From IMG/VR virus record IMGVR_UViG_2974513524_000001, positions 1-64,000 of that record: a stretch of DNA of 64,000 bases; one strand, 5' to 3'. This DNA comes from a virus. Lineage: Duplodnaviria; Caudoviricetes. The position numbers and the translations under genes are program-made. The notes below the pieces were generated by a model that was not told the DNA's origin, did not search any database, and was given only the letters and a program-made list of their open reading frames with translations. This document shows positions 55,722-64,000 of the stretch, in pieces. Position 1 is the stretch's first letter. Every line of letters begins with the position of its first letter.

Positions 55722-56947
55722 TGGAAATCGTTTCCCCTGATAAAGCCGAGAAGATCGATGCAGCGTTTACACAAGCTCGTATCGAGCTGATGCGTCACGA
55801 TAAGTGGACGTTCTTCTCAGCTCTGACAATGCTGCTCAAACAAGAGGTTGATACAAACCCCAACGTTAAAGATGCAGCTGTGTCCGACACGCATACTTAC
55901 TACAACTCAGATTACATGCTGGGTTTGACGAAGATGCAGCGTGTCACTGTTATGGCCCATTTGGCCATGCACGTAGCCCTGAAACATGGGCTGCGTCAAG
56001 GTGATTGCGATCCGGCTTTGTACAACGAAGCATGTGATCACGTAACAAACCTGGCTTTGGCTGGTGCTGGTTTCGACCCGATTCCAGAATGGAAATGTGA
56101 TTCACGTTTCCGTGACATGACCGTCCCGCAGGTCTACAAGATCTTGCTGGAAGAACAGCCGCCACAACCTCCGCAAAGCCAGCCAGACCCTGATTCTGGT
56201 GATGGGCAAGGCCAGCCTCAGCAAAGCGAGGGCGATAAACCTTACCCAATGTCTGGTGACATTCTCCCACCTGAAAAGGGTGAGGATGGTGAAGCCAAGG
56301 ATGAAATCGAAGTCTCTGCCGAGATTGACAGCAAGCTGATGCAGGCTGCTCAAATGGTCGAGATGGGTAGCAATCCAGGCAGCATACCAAAGGACATTCA
56401 GGTCTATCTTGATAGCCTGTTGAAGCCTAAGTTGCCAATGGCTTACTACCTACGTCGGTTCTTCCGCAAGCTCGATAAAAGCGATTACAGCTGGAAGAAG
56501 ATCAACCGTCGGTTCGCACCGATGATGATCCCTGGCTTGTCCAGTGAAAACAAGCTTGATGACCTCGTGTTCGCATACGACATGTCGTGTTCGGTCACGA
56601 TGGAGGACATTAAGCGTTACAACTCAGAAATGGTGGGTGTAACCCGCCAGCTGAGGCCGGATTCGGTCAAGATCGTCCAGTTTGATACGCAGATTAAATC
56701 TGTGGATACCGTCAAGTCTGTTAAAGACCTGATGGCACTCAAGCTGGTTGGTCGGGGTGGTACGAACATCGAACCACTCATGCAGTGGGCAAAGAAACAT
56801 AAGCCCAAAGCATTGGTCGTCTTTACGGATGGTGAATATCGCCATCCTGAAACCAACCCCGGTTGTCCTGTGCTGTGGATGATCCACGGCCGTAGTCGTG
56901 AACGTTTCAAGTGCGACTTCGGGACGATCATTCGTTTTGAGGTGTAA
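55718..56947 (+). CDS. Metallopeptidase-like plus VWA domain protein, N4 gp25-like
   Basis: HLAMH..H, NEACDHVTN, MIDAS DMSCS, GRGGT, VFTDG motifs. Confidence 0.9.
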   Translation: MMEIVSPDKAEKIDAAFTQARIELMRHDKWTFFSALTMLLKQEVDTNPNVKDAAVSDTHTYYNSDYMLGLTKMQRVTVMAHLAMHVALKHGLRQGDCDPALYNEACDHVTNLALAGAGFDPIPEWKCDSRFRDMTVPQVYKILLEEQPPQPPQSQPDPDSGDGQGQPQQSEGDKPYPMSGDILPPEKGEDGEAKDEIEVSAEIDSKLMQAAQMVEMGSNPGSIPKDIQVYLDSLLKPKLPMAYYLRRFFRKLDKSDYSWKKINRRFAPMMIPGLSSENKLDDLVFAYDMSCSVTMEDIKRYNSEMVGVTRQLRPDSVKIVQFDTQIKSVDTVKSVKDLMALKLVGRGGTNIEPLMQWAKKHKPKALVVFTDGEYRHPETNPGCPVLWMIHGRSRERFKCDFGTIIRFEV

Positions 56948-58195
56948 ATGACAGATATCGTTTATACACCGGGGCAGTTGAAAGGGTGGGAGAAATTCGC
57001 GTCCTTCTACTTGTCCCCGTTGGAAAACGTGATGCTGCTGAAAGGTTATGCAGGGACTGGTAAATCCACGCTTGTGCGTATGTTCGCAGAGAAGACACAC
57101 AAGCTGGATGAAATGAGGAAGCTGGTGGACCCCAATTGGGCTGGCATGACTATCATGTACACAGCTACCACCAACCAAGCGGCTACGTCGCTGGCGCAAG
57201 CCATGGGAGGTGGGGTTAAAACCAGTACAGTGCACACTGCATTGCAGTTAAAGCTGATTACTGAAGACTACAGGACAAAGAAGAAGAAGCTGATTCCGTA
57301 CGGCGAGAAGGTACGCAATGCGTTAATTTTTGTTGACGAAGCCAGCTATATCGACCAAGCCTTGCTCAGTCTGATCTTCCATCAAACCGAAAACTGCAAA
57401 ATCGTTTTCATCGGTGACCCAGCTCAGCTGACACCGGTAGGTAGTACGTTTATGCCTGCCTTTGAGATGAATAGGAACGAAATCGAGCTGACCGATCTGG
57501 TTCGCTTCGATGAAGGCCCTATCTCCACAATGGTAAGCAATCTGCGGGACACAGTGCTGACTAATACTTGGCACAAGTTCCAGCTAGCCGATGGCATCAT
57601 CGAACATGTGAGCCGTGCAGACTTTGACATGCTGGCACACAGGGCGTTTATGAATGAAAAGGAATGGGGTGTGACCAAGATCCTTGGTTATCACAACGAC
57701 CGAGTAGTTCACTTCAACAATAAGCTGTCTGAACAGGTGATCGGTACTTCCGAACTCCAAGTAGGTCAGCGTGTTGCAAGCAATACCGCCGCCAGCAATG
57801 GCAGTAGCCGCGTGTACAACAACGAGGAAGTCTTGATTGAGGAACTCGAAGAAACGCGTAGCTATGGTTTCGATGGCTGGATGGTTCGACTAGCGAACAA
57901 AGAAGGCATCTATTTCATGCCGAAGGAACGTCATTACAAGAACGAAGCCCACAAGGTTGCTGTTCGTGAGGACGACTACGACGCCATGAAATACATTGAC
58001 GAAGAATGGGTTGATCTACGGCCAGCATTCAGCTGCACCGTAAACAAGTCTCAGGGTTCTACCTATGACACTGCGTTCATTGACCTTGACGATATCAATG
58101 CTGGTGCCCGTACGGCAAACCAACTGGCTCGCCTGCTCTATGTAGGCAATGGCCGGTGCCGTTCTCGCTGCATCATGACTGGGGACGTAGGATGA
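56948..58195 (+). CDS. SF1 Dda/RecD-like DNA helicase, N4 gp37-like
   Basis: GYAGTGKS, FVDEAS, IGDPAQL, TVNKSQGSTYD motifs. Confidence 0.93.
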   Translation: MTDIVYTPGQLKGWEKFASFYLSPLENVMLLKGYAGTGKSTLVRMFAEKTHKLDEMRKLVDPNWAGMTIMYTATTNQAATSLAQAMGGGVKTSTVHTALQLKLITEDYRTKKKKLIPYGEKVRNALIFVDEASYIDQALLSLIFHQTENCKIVFIGDPAQLTPVGSTFMPAFEMNRNEIELTDLVRFDEGPISTMVSNLRDTVLTNTWHKFQLADGIIEHVSRADFDMLAHRAFMNEKEWGVTKILGYHNDRVVHFNNKLSEQVIGTSELQVGQRVASNTAASNGSSRVYNNEEVLIEELEETRSYGFDGWMVRLANKEGIYFMPKERHYKNEAHKVAVREDDYDAMKYIDEEWVDLRPAFSCTVNKSQGSTYDTAFIDLDDINAGARTANQLARLLYVGNGRCRSRCIMTGDVG

Positions 58196-58707
58196 AAACC
58201 CTAACTACCACGAACATAAGGTTCGTTATCCTGAAAAAACTAGAGGAATATATCTATATGCCGGTTTACCTGCGTATGGGAAAAGACCTCGAAAATATAG
58301 TAAGGCGTAACGATGCGTTCAGTAACTCTGACAAGCGCGTGTTCTGGTACAGGGGTGAGAAATGGTCATCTGATATGGTATTTAACAGTCAGGGTGTGCC
58401 TCGGTTACACGAGGAATTGCACCCTGTAATGGACAAGTACGTAGATGAACGTAACTACATCCGTAACGTAGAAGGCCCGCTTGTATCTGGCTTCCTGCGT
58501 TGTATCCTCAATCACAGCAAAGACGCCAGAGAGATGCTGAGCCTTATACCGGTGTCTTTACAAGACCCGATCATGGGCCTCCTGAAGGACACCTTTGACG
58601 AGATACCTTGCCTATCCACGGATCAGGTAGCGGAAATCGTTAAAGCCCCTCAGAACGCAACAGAGGCTATCAAAACGCGGATGATGCGCAACATGCTGGA
58701 GGGATAG
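58192..58707 (+). CDS. Conserved-position protein between helicase and DNA polymerase (N4 gp38-like)
   Basis: ATGA overlap; synteny. Confidence 0.7.
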   Translation: MKTLTTTNIRFVILKKLEEYIYMPVYLRMGKDLENIVRRNDAFSNSDKRVFWYRGEKWSSDMVFNSQGVPRLHEELHPVMDKYVDERNYIRNVEGPLVSGFLRCILNHSKDAREMLSLIPVSLQDPIMGLLKDTFDEIPCLSTDQVAEIVKAPQNATEAIKTRMMRNMLEG

Positions 58708-61334
58708 TGTTCCATCACATATTCCAGAAAAAACCAGACAACAAGTACAAGGTTGCGATCCTGTTAAAGGAACACGCCTTTGACCAGTCTCGGATACGCA
58801 GTACATACGTTGATAAATTCGTTGAAGGGGGCATTGCCCTCGACGACGTAATTGCGTTCACGTTGCAGTATGACGACCCTAAAAAGGTCTCTGCAAAGAC
58901 AGTAAAGGCATACGTGCCCAAGCTGTTACCTGTGTTGAAGAACCTGGAAACCAAGTACTTATACGTGGCGGACTCCACGTACTTCAAAGCACTGACGGGC
59001 GAAAAGAAAGCTGAACCCCATTTGGGGTACATCATGAATTGCTGCCACCAAGGCTACGAAGATATCAAAATTGTCTATGGCATCAATTACCAGCAATTAG
59101 TGTTTGACCCCGCAAAGGCTCCACTACTGACTGCTGGTATCAAAGCCATAATCTCCGACGACACAGGTACTTATGTACCTCCGGGAGACGGGATCATTCA
59201 TAGCGAGTGGTATCCCGACACAGCAGAGGAAATTGCCAAGGCTCTTGAGTTCTTGAAGCAGTTTCCGAAACTCACCTGTGACATTGAAGCGTTTGACCTG
59301 AAGCTGGAAGGTGCCGGAATCGGCACCATTCAGTTCGCATGGGATAAGCACAACTTTGTTGCGTTTAAGGTAGACCTGCAAGAGTTGGCTGCTAGGGACG
59401 ACGACAAAAACTACAGTCGCCGTGTAGACAACCCTGTCCGCCGTAAGCTCTTACGTGAGTTCTTTGAGAGCTATCACGGTGCAATGATCTACCACTCTGC
59501 GACATTTGACGTTAAGCACTTGATTTACAACCTGTTCATGAAAGATCCATTGGATCGAGTGGGTTTGGTTGATGGGCTTCACGTCATGTGCCGCAACCTG
59601 CACTGCACAAAGGTAATGGCCTATTTGGCCACCAACTCATGTGCAGGGAACACACTGGGCCTGAAATTTCTGGCACAGGAGTTCGCAGGTAACTGGGCAG
59701 TAGATGACATTGTGGATATACGGAAAATTCCGGTCCACGAATTGCTCAGGTACAACGGGGTTGACGGGCTGTCTACGTTCTACGTGGCAGAAAAGATGTA
59801 CCCCATCATGATCGCGGATAAACAGATCGACCTGTACAACGGGTTGTTCAGGGCATCGCTCAAACTGCTCATACACACCGAGCTGGTTGGCATGCCGATG
59901 TGTCCGAAGAAGATTGTGGAAACCAAGGTAAAACTTGAGGCTCTGCAAAGGGACTACAAGAAGATTATCGATGACCATCCGATGGTTCAGAAGCTCAACC
60001 AAGTGTTGCAGCTGAAAGAGCAAACCAAGGTGAATAGTAAGCTCAAGGTGAAGCAGCATCCGCTGTCGCACTTTGCAGGCACGCTGTTCAACCCAGGCAG
60101 TCCACTGCAATTGCAGGAGCTGCTATATGGTTTGATGGGTCTACCAGTCCTTGAGGTGACGGGTACCAAGCAACCGGCAACGGGAACGAAGGTAATCAAG
60201 AAGCTCATGGAACACGAACGAGCCAAGCCCTATAAGGACTTGATGCAGGCTCTACGTGACTTCTCTGCGGTCTCTAAAATCATCTCTGCATTCATTCCTG
60301 CCTTTGAAAATGGGCAGCTGAAAGCAGATGGTATGCGCTACCTACATGGTTGCTTCAACCTTGGCGGTACAGTCAGTGGACGCCTATCCAGTTCAGATCC
60401 AAACATGCAGAACATCCCAGCAGGCTCTGCCTACGGCAAGCTGATTAAGGAGATGTTTATGGCACCACCCGGATGGTTATTCGTGGGTGCCGACTTTGCA
60501 TCATTGGAAGACCGGATCAGTGCACTACTGACCAAAGACCCAAACAAGCTAAAGGTATATACCGATGGCTTCGACGGTCACGCACTGCGAGCAGTGTCGT
60601 ACTGGCCAGATGAAATGCCTGACATTGACCCTAACTCTGTAGCTAGCGTTAACGCACTCAGTGAGAAAGGTCATAAGTATGGGCACTTCAGGCAAGACTC
60701 CAAGACCCCAACATTCTTGTTGACCTATGGTGGTACACACCACGGGATGATGAGGCAGCTGGGCTGGGATAAAGCCAAATCCATAGAGGTAGAGAAACGC
60801 TATCACGACCTTTACAAAGTGTCGGATGAATTCATTGCAGAACGCATTGAGCGAGCAACGCGAGACGGCTACGTAGAAGTTGCATTCGGTCTACGTGTTC
60901 GTACCCCGTTGTTAGCCAAGTCGATCTTGAATACCAAGAGTACTCCCTACGAAGCAGCCGCTGAGGGGCGTACAGCCGGTAACGCAATGGGCCAGTCATA
61001 TGGTCTGTTGAACAACCGTGCTGGTATCGACTTCATGGAACGTGTCTACGCAAGTGAGTGGCGTTACTCCATTCACCCGGTCGCATGGATTCATGATGCG
61101 GGTTACTACATCCTTGAGCAGAACCTTTCATGCTTGAAGTTCGCCAATGACGGTATTGTCGATGCGATGAGCTGGCAGGAATTGCCGGAAATTGCACACG
61201 ACGAAGTAAAACTAGGTGCTGACTTAGACCTGTTCTACCCATCATGGGCACAAGCTTGCACGCTTCCCAATGGAGCGAGCGAAGCAGAACTGAAAGCTGT
61301 TTGTAACGCCCACGCAGAGAAGTGTGCTGCATGA
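58707..61334 (+). CDS. Family A DNA polymerase, N4 gp39-like
   Basis: Exo I CDIEA, GTVSGRLSSSDPNMQN, motif A ADFASLE, B RQDSKTPTFLLTYGG, C IHDA. Confidence 0.97.
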   Translation: MFHHIFQKKPDNKYKVAILLKEHAFDQSRIRSTYVDKFVEGGIALDDVIAFTLQYDDPKKVSAKTVKAYVPKLLPVLKNLETKYLYVADSTYFKALTGEKKAEPHLGYIMNCCHQGYEDIKIVYGINYQQLVFDPAKAPLLTAGIKAIISDDTGTYVPPGDGIIHSEWYPDTAEEIAKALEFLKQFPKLTCDIEAFDLKLEGAGIGTIQFAWDKHNFVAFKVDLQELAARDDDKNYSRRVDNPVRRKLLREFFESYHGAMIYHSATFDVKHLIYNLFMKDPLDRVGLVDGLHVMCRNLHCTKVMAYLATNSCAGNTLGLKFLAQEFAGNWAVDDIVDIRKIPVHELLRYNGVDGLSTFYVAEKMYPIMIADKQIDLYNGLFRASLKLLIHTELVGMPMCPKKIVETKVKLEALQRDYKKIIDDHPMVQKLNQVLQLKEQTKVNSKLKVKQHPLSHFAGTLFNPGSPLQLQELLYGLMGLPVLEVTGTKQPATGTKVIKKLMEHERAKPYKDLMQALRDFSAVSKIISAFIPAFENGQLKADGMRYLHGCFNLGGTVSGRLSSSDPNMQNIPAGSAYGKLIKEMFMAPPGWLFVGADFASLEDRISALLTKDPNKLKVYTDGFDGHALRAVSYWPDEMPDIDPNSVASVNALSEKGHKYGHFRQDSKTPTFLLTYGGTHHGMMRQLGWDKAKSIEVEKRYHDLYKVSDEFIAERIERATRDGYVEVAFGLRVRTPLLAKSILNTKSTPYEAAAEGRTAGNAMGQSYGLLNNRAGIDFMERVYASEWRYSIHPVAWIHDAGYYILEQNLSCLKFANDGIVDAMSWQELPEIAHDEVKLGADLDLFYPSWAQACTLPNGASEAELKAVCNAHAEKCAA

Positions 61335-61522
61335 CAACACATTACGTGTTGGTGGCTATTAGCACTCCCGGAATGGACGATCATGAACTTGCCGCTGAGA
61401 TGGTCTCTGAGATCCTCGAAAATGATGAGTTGCTTTATATGATCGGTCATTCCGGTGGTCCTAACCCACCTTATGAACGCCATGCTGAGATTATCAGCGT
61501 GACACCTGAAACCTTGGGGTAA
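61331..61522 (+). CDS. Hypothetical protein
   Basis: ATGA overlap with the polymerase stop. Confidence 0.6.
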   Translation: MTTHYVLVAISTPGMDDHELAAEMVSEILENDELLYMIGHSGGPNPPYERHAEIISVTPETLG

Positions 61523-61525
61523 ACC

Positions 61526-61969
61526 ATGCTCAAACCACTGAAAGAAAAGTACTGGCCGATGTACATGAACATGGCTTATGCAGCGGAAGCTCAAACTGCT
61601 GCTCGGCGTGAACAAGTCGGCTGTGTGATTGTCACTCAGACTGGTTTGATCTTGCCCGGTTACAACGGTCAGCCTGCTGGCCACCACACCAACTGTTGCG
61701 AAAACACGCCTGTCGTCGAACACGGTGTACAGCGTATGAAAACAGATCCCACTGTCATTCATGCCGAGGACAATGCTTTGCGTAAAGCCAAGCTATCTGG
61801 AGTTGATATGGAAGGGGCTCACCTGTTCGTAACTGTGTCGCCTTGCCCAACGTGCTGCGCACTCATTGCTGAAACAGGCATTGAAGCTGTGCATTACCAT
61901 CGGCATCACGATGACATGTCGGGGTTCCAAATCCTCGATGAGGCTGGGATCGCAATCATTCCCTCATAG
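61526..61969 (+). CDS. dCMP deaminase
   Basis: VGCVIV, GYNG, HAEDNA, SPCPTC zinc motifs. Confidence 0.92.
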   Translation: MLKPLKEKYWPMYMNMAYAAEAQTAARREQVGCVIVTQTGLILPGYNGQPAGHHTNCCENTPVVEHGVQRMKTDPTVIHAEDNALRKAKLSGVDMEGAHLFVTVSPCPTCCALIAETGIEAVHYHRHHDDMSGFQILDEAGIAIIPS

Positions 61970-61978
61970 GAGTGTTGT

Positions 61979-62224
61979 TTGATCTTTGCTCACAATGTCA
62001 ACGGAACACCCTGCCTTGTGCAGGTAACACACTACTCAGCACCCTGCCCAATGCGGATTACCGGCACTGGCTTTGGTGATGCTGAGCCGCCTGAACACGA
62101 AGAATTTGAGTACAACATCCTTGACTGTGACAACCGTCACTGGCCGGAGATGGAAGACCAGATGACTCGTGATGACCACGCCAAAGTTCTCGCTGCCTAC
62201 AAGGATAAGCGGGGGCTTCGATAG
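61979..62224 (+). CDS. Hypothetical protein
   Basis: SD AGGAG; DAEPPEHEEFEY motif. Confidence 0.65.
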   Translation: MIFAHNVNGTPCLVQVTHYSAPCPMRITGTGFGDAEPPEHEEFEYNILDCDNRHWPEMEDQMTRDDHAKVLAAYKDKRGLR

Positions 62225-62233
62225 GAGCCAACC

Positions 62234-62674
62234 ATGGCCTATGAACGAACACCGCATACACCGGGTATCTACGGCCATGCACCTGTCAACGGTAAATGGT
62301 TCTTCATCCACGAAGCCAGTCGTATGGTTCGCGTGGATGACTTACAAACCCAACCAGTCCCAATTAATGCGGGCTGGAAACAAGTCTCGCTGGCAGAGTG
62401 GGTAGAGTTCCGTAAGGAAACTGCCGCTATGTCGCCGGTTAAACGTAACAAAATGCACAGGAGTCTGTACGCATGCAATACATTCGACAAACCGTCACCA
62501 TCAGCCACTACATCGCGGCAGACGACACCCTCACAGAAGAAGTCCAGCAGCAAATCGCAGCAGATGTCCGGCTGCTCCTCAAAACCCAAGGCGAAAACGT
62601 CATCGCCCAAATCGGTGGATACCTCAACCTCCAAGCCGGTCGCGACGAAGAAGCGCGGCCAGAAATCCTCGTAA
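62234..62674 (+). CDS. Hypothetical protein with a Ser/Lys-rich extension overlapping the next gene
   Basis: SD AGGAG; globular first half. Confidence 0.6.
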   Translation: MAYERTPHTPGIYGHAPVNGKWFFIHEASRMVRVDDLQTQPVPINAGWKQVSLAEWVEFRKETAAMSPVKRNKMHRSLYACNTFDKPSPSATTSRQTTPSQKKSSSKSQQMSGCSSKPKAKTSSPKSVDTSTSKPVATKKRGQKSS

Positions 62675-62733
62675 CTGTTACGAGCGAAGAAATCTGTGAC
62701 GTATCAGCGGAGTCAGGATATGGCCAGGACTAA
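62473..62733 (+). CDS. Hypothetical protein
   Basis: SD AGGAG 9 nt upstream; normal composition. Confidence 0.6.
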   Translation: MQYIRQTVTISHYIAADDTLTEEVQQQIAADVRLLLKTQGENVIAQIGGYLNLQAGRDEEARPEILVTVTSEEICDVSAESGYGQD

Positions 62734-63049
62734 AGGTTTTCGTCAGATCAAGTTTACCGACGAACAGTTGGCTGAACTTAAGAAACGATATGAAGCCGGG
62801 GAATCAACCACTAAATTGTCGAGAATTTATGGTATGCACCCGACTACAACAGTTACGTACCTACGTCAGTTAGGTGCAGTAATTAAACCAGCACATGCCC
62901 CTTCGGCAGTTACAGAAGCACAACTGGGCCAGGTTGCAGACCTTAAATCAAAAGGTTACACCTGGGCACAGATGGGCGAACTGTTTAAGGTAAACGATAA
63001 GACACTTCGTCATGCTTATTACCGTTACCTGAAAAGAGACGAACAGTAA
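62720..63049 (+). CDS. Tandem helix-turn-helix protein
   Basis: YEAGESTTKLSRIYGMHPTTTVTYL and KGYTWAQMGELFKVNDKTL. Confidence 0.75.
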   Translation: MARTKGFRQIKFTDEQLAELKKRYEAGESTTKLSRIYGMHPTTTVTYLRQLGAVIKPAHAPSAVTEAQLGQVADLKSKGYTWAQMGELFKVNDKTLRHAYYRYLKRDEQ

Positions 63050-63120
63050 ACTGTATAGACTCCGTATTGGTATGTATCATGGCACTCGGCTTCCATGTAT
63101 ATCATTAACGGAGTTTCAAC

Positions 63121-63447
63121 ATGCCGGGGACTAGTGATCCGAATGTCTGGAGCGTTATCGCTGCGATCATTGTCACCTTAATCAGTGGCTTGTTAGCAAT
63201 TGCGCACAGACTGACTGATGGCCAACAGAAATTCAGTTGGCTTTGGTTTCTAACGCAGATGGGTGGTGCCGTTTTAGCCGGATACTTGATGTGGGATCTC
63301 TATCCCTTGGTCAAAGACCAATTGCCAGTGTGGTGTACCCAACCGATTATGATCAGCTTGTCTGCTCACTACGGTGGTAAGTTCTTCTCACTAGCAGAAT
63401 TTGTATTCAAGAAGCGCTACAACCTACCTCTCTCAGGAGGTAGTTAA
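63121..63447 (+). CDS. Probable holin
   Basis: 108 aa with two to three hydrophobic segments and a basic C-terminus; near a spanin-like gene. Confidence 0.65.
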   Translation: MPGTSDPNVWSVIAAIIVTLISGLLAIAHRLTDGQQKFSWLWFLTQMGGAVLAGYLMWDLYPLVKDQLPVWCTQPIMISLSAHYGGKFFSLAEFVFKKRYNLPLSGGS

Positions 63448-63464
63448 AACCATCGAACAACCCT

Positions 63465-63490
63465 AAGCCTCGCATTCGCGGGGCTTTTTA
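63465..63490 (+). terminator. Intrinsic terminator
   Basis: AAGCCTCGC-ATTC-GCGGGGCTT followed by TTTA. Confidence 0.8.
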
Positions 63491-63504
63491 TTGGAGACAC
63501 TCAA

Positions 63505-63783
63505 ATGAATTTGCAGACGGTCGTATACGACGAAGATGAAGAGTATTCAAAATCCATTATTATGGATCTGTGTAATACAGGAGCTGTCACAGCTTGCTGC
63601 GAAGGTGACGCTATCCAGCAACGTGATGAAGCATTGGCTTGGGCTACTGCTGTAACCGAAGCCAATAAGGTTGCTCACCTGTTTAACAGTGGCAGTGGGA
63701 TGATGATGCATTTGCAGCAAGAATATGGCAAAGCCCTTATGGCTTTGGAAGAAAGTATGAAAAAGGAGCCTAACGGCTCCTGA
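63505..63783 (+). CDS. Hypothetical protein
   Basis: SD GGAG. Confidence 0.65.
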   Translation: MNLQTVVYDEDEEYSKSIIMDLCNTGAVTACCEGDAIQQRDEALAWATAVTEANKVAHLFNSGSGMMMHLQQEYGKALMALEESMKKEPNGS

Positions 63784-64000
63784 TATCATCGTAGAAGGCA
63801 GTGCATTGCGTTGCCTTTACGTACCACTCGTCAGCTGTTCCTGCCACCCTTTGAAGTTCTTCTGTTGCCTCTCCGAACAGCTTGGTAAGCACCAATGCGG
63901 TTTGGATTGTACCCTCATGGATTCCGGCATCGCGGGCAAGCTGGCTGGCTTTACGAAGGCGGGACTCGGTTCCGGCGAGCGTACTCCGCAAGCTGTCAGC
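63770..64000 (-). CDS. Rz-like spanin, C-terminal part (runs off the window)
   Basis: Helical, ending ADEWYVKATQCTAFYDDIR like DUF2514/Rz spanins. Confidence 0.6.
   Translation of the reverse strand, partial: ADSLRSTLAGTESRLRKASQLARDAGIHEGTIQTALVLTKLFGEATEELQRVAGTADEWYVKATQCTAFYDDIRSR

Noticed and set aside
58707-61334. Intein or intron in DNA polymerase, terminase or helicase
   Set aside because: Lengths are ordinary, motifs are contiguous and no intein signatures were seen
1-64000. Integrase, repressor switch or alternative genetic code
   Set aside because: No recombinase motif seen; all core genes are intact under the standard code

Overview
About 64 kb of a lytic N4-like podophage (Schitoviridae). 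Gene order resembles the Pseudomonas-infecting members, but the host is an inference. The window looks circularly permuted, with the probable physical genome start near 33.6-33.75 kb. In window order it holds: (i) replication genes (primase, gp44-like ATPase, SSB, RuvC-like resolvase); (ii) a ~0.9 kb non-coding, highly structured region and a cluster with one normal tRNA-Arg(UCU) and several aberrant tRNA-like RNAs; (iii) the minus-strand late block (3369-aa virion RNA polymerase, ejection and structural proteins, capsid, portal, adaptor, terminase); (iv) the early region with N4-type DNA-hairpin promoters and many small ORFs; (v) the two-subunit RNAP II, rIIA/rIIB, AAA ATPases, a VWA protein, helicase, family A DNA polymerase, dCMP deaminase, holin and a partial spanin. 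The most interesting signals are a candidate large ornate ncRNA, a tRNA scaffold whose anticodon arm is replaced by a perfect four-way junction, eight divergent small proteins sharing a C-terminal PxxLxMxxL(V/I)G tag clustered around a degenerate macrodomain, a probable two-domain immune-signal sponge fusion, and two classes of triloop DNA hairpins. All family assignments come from reading motifs and synteny; no searches were run.
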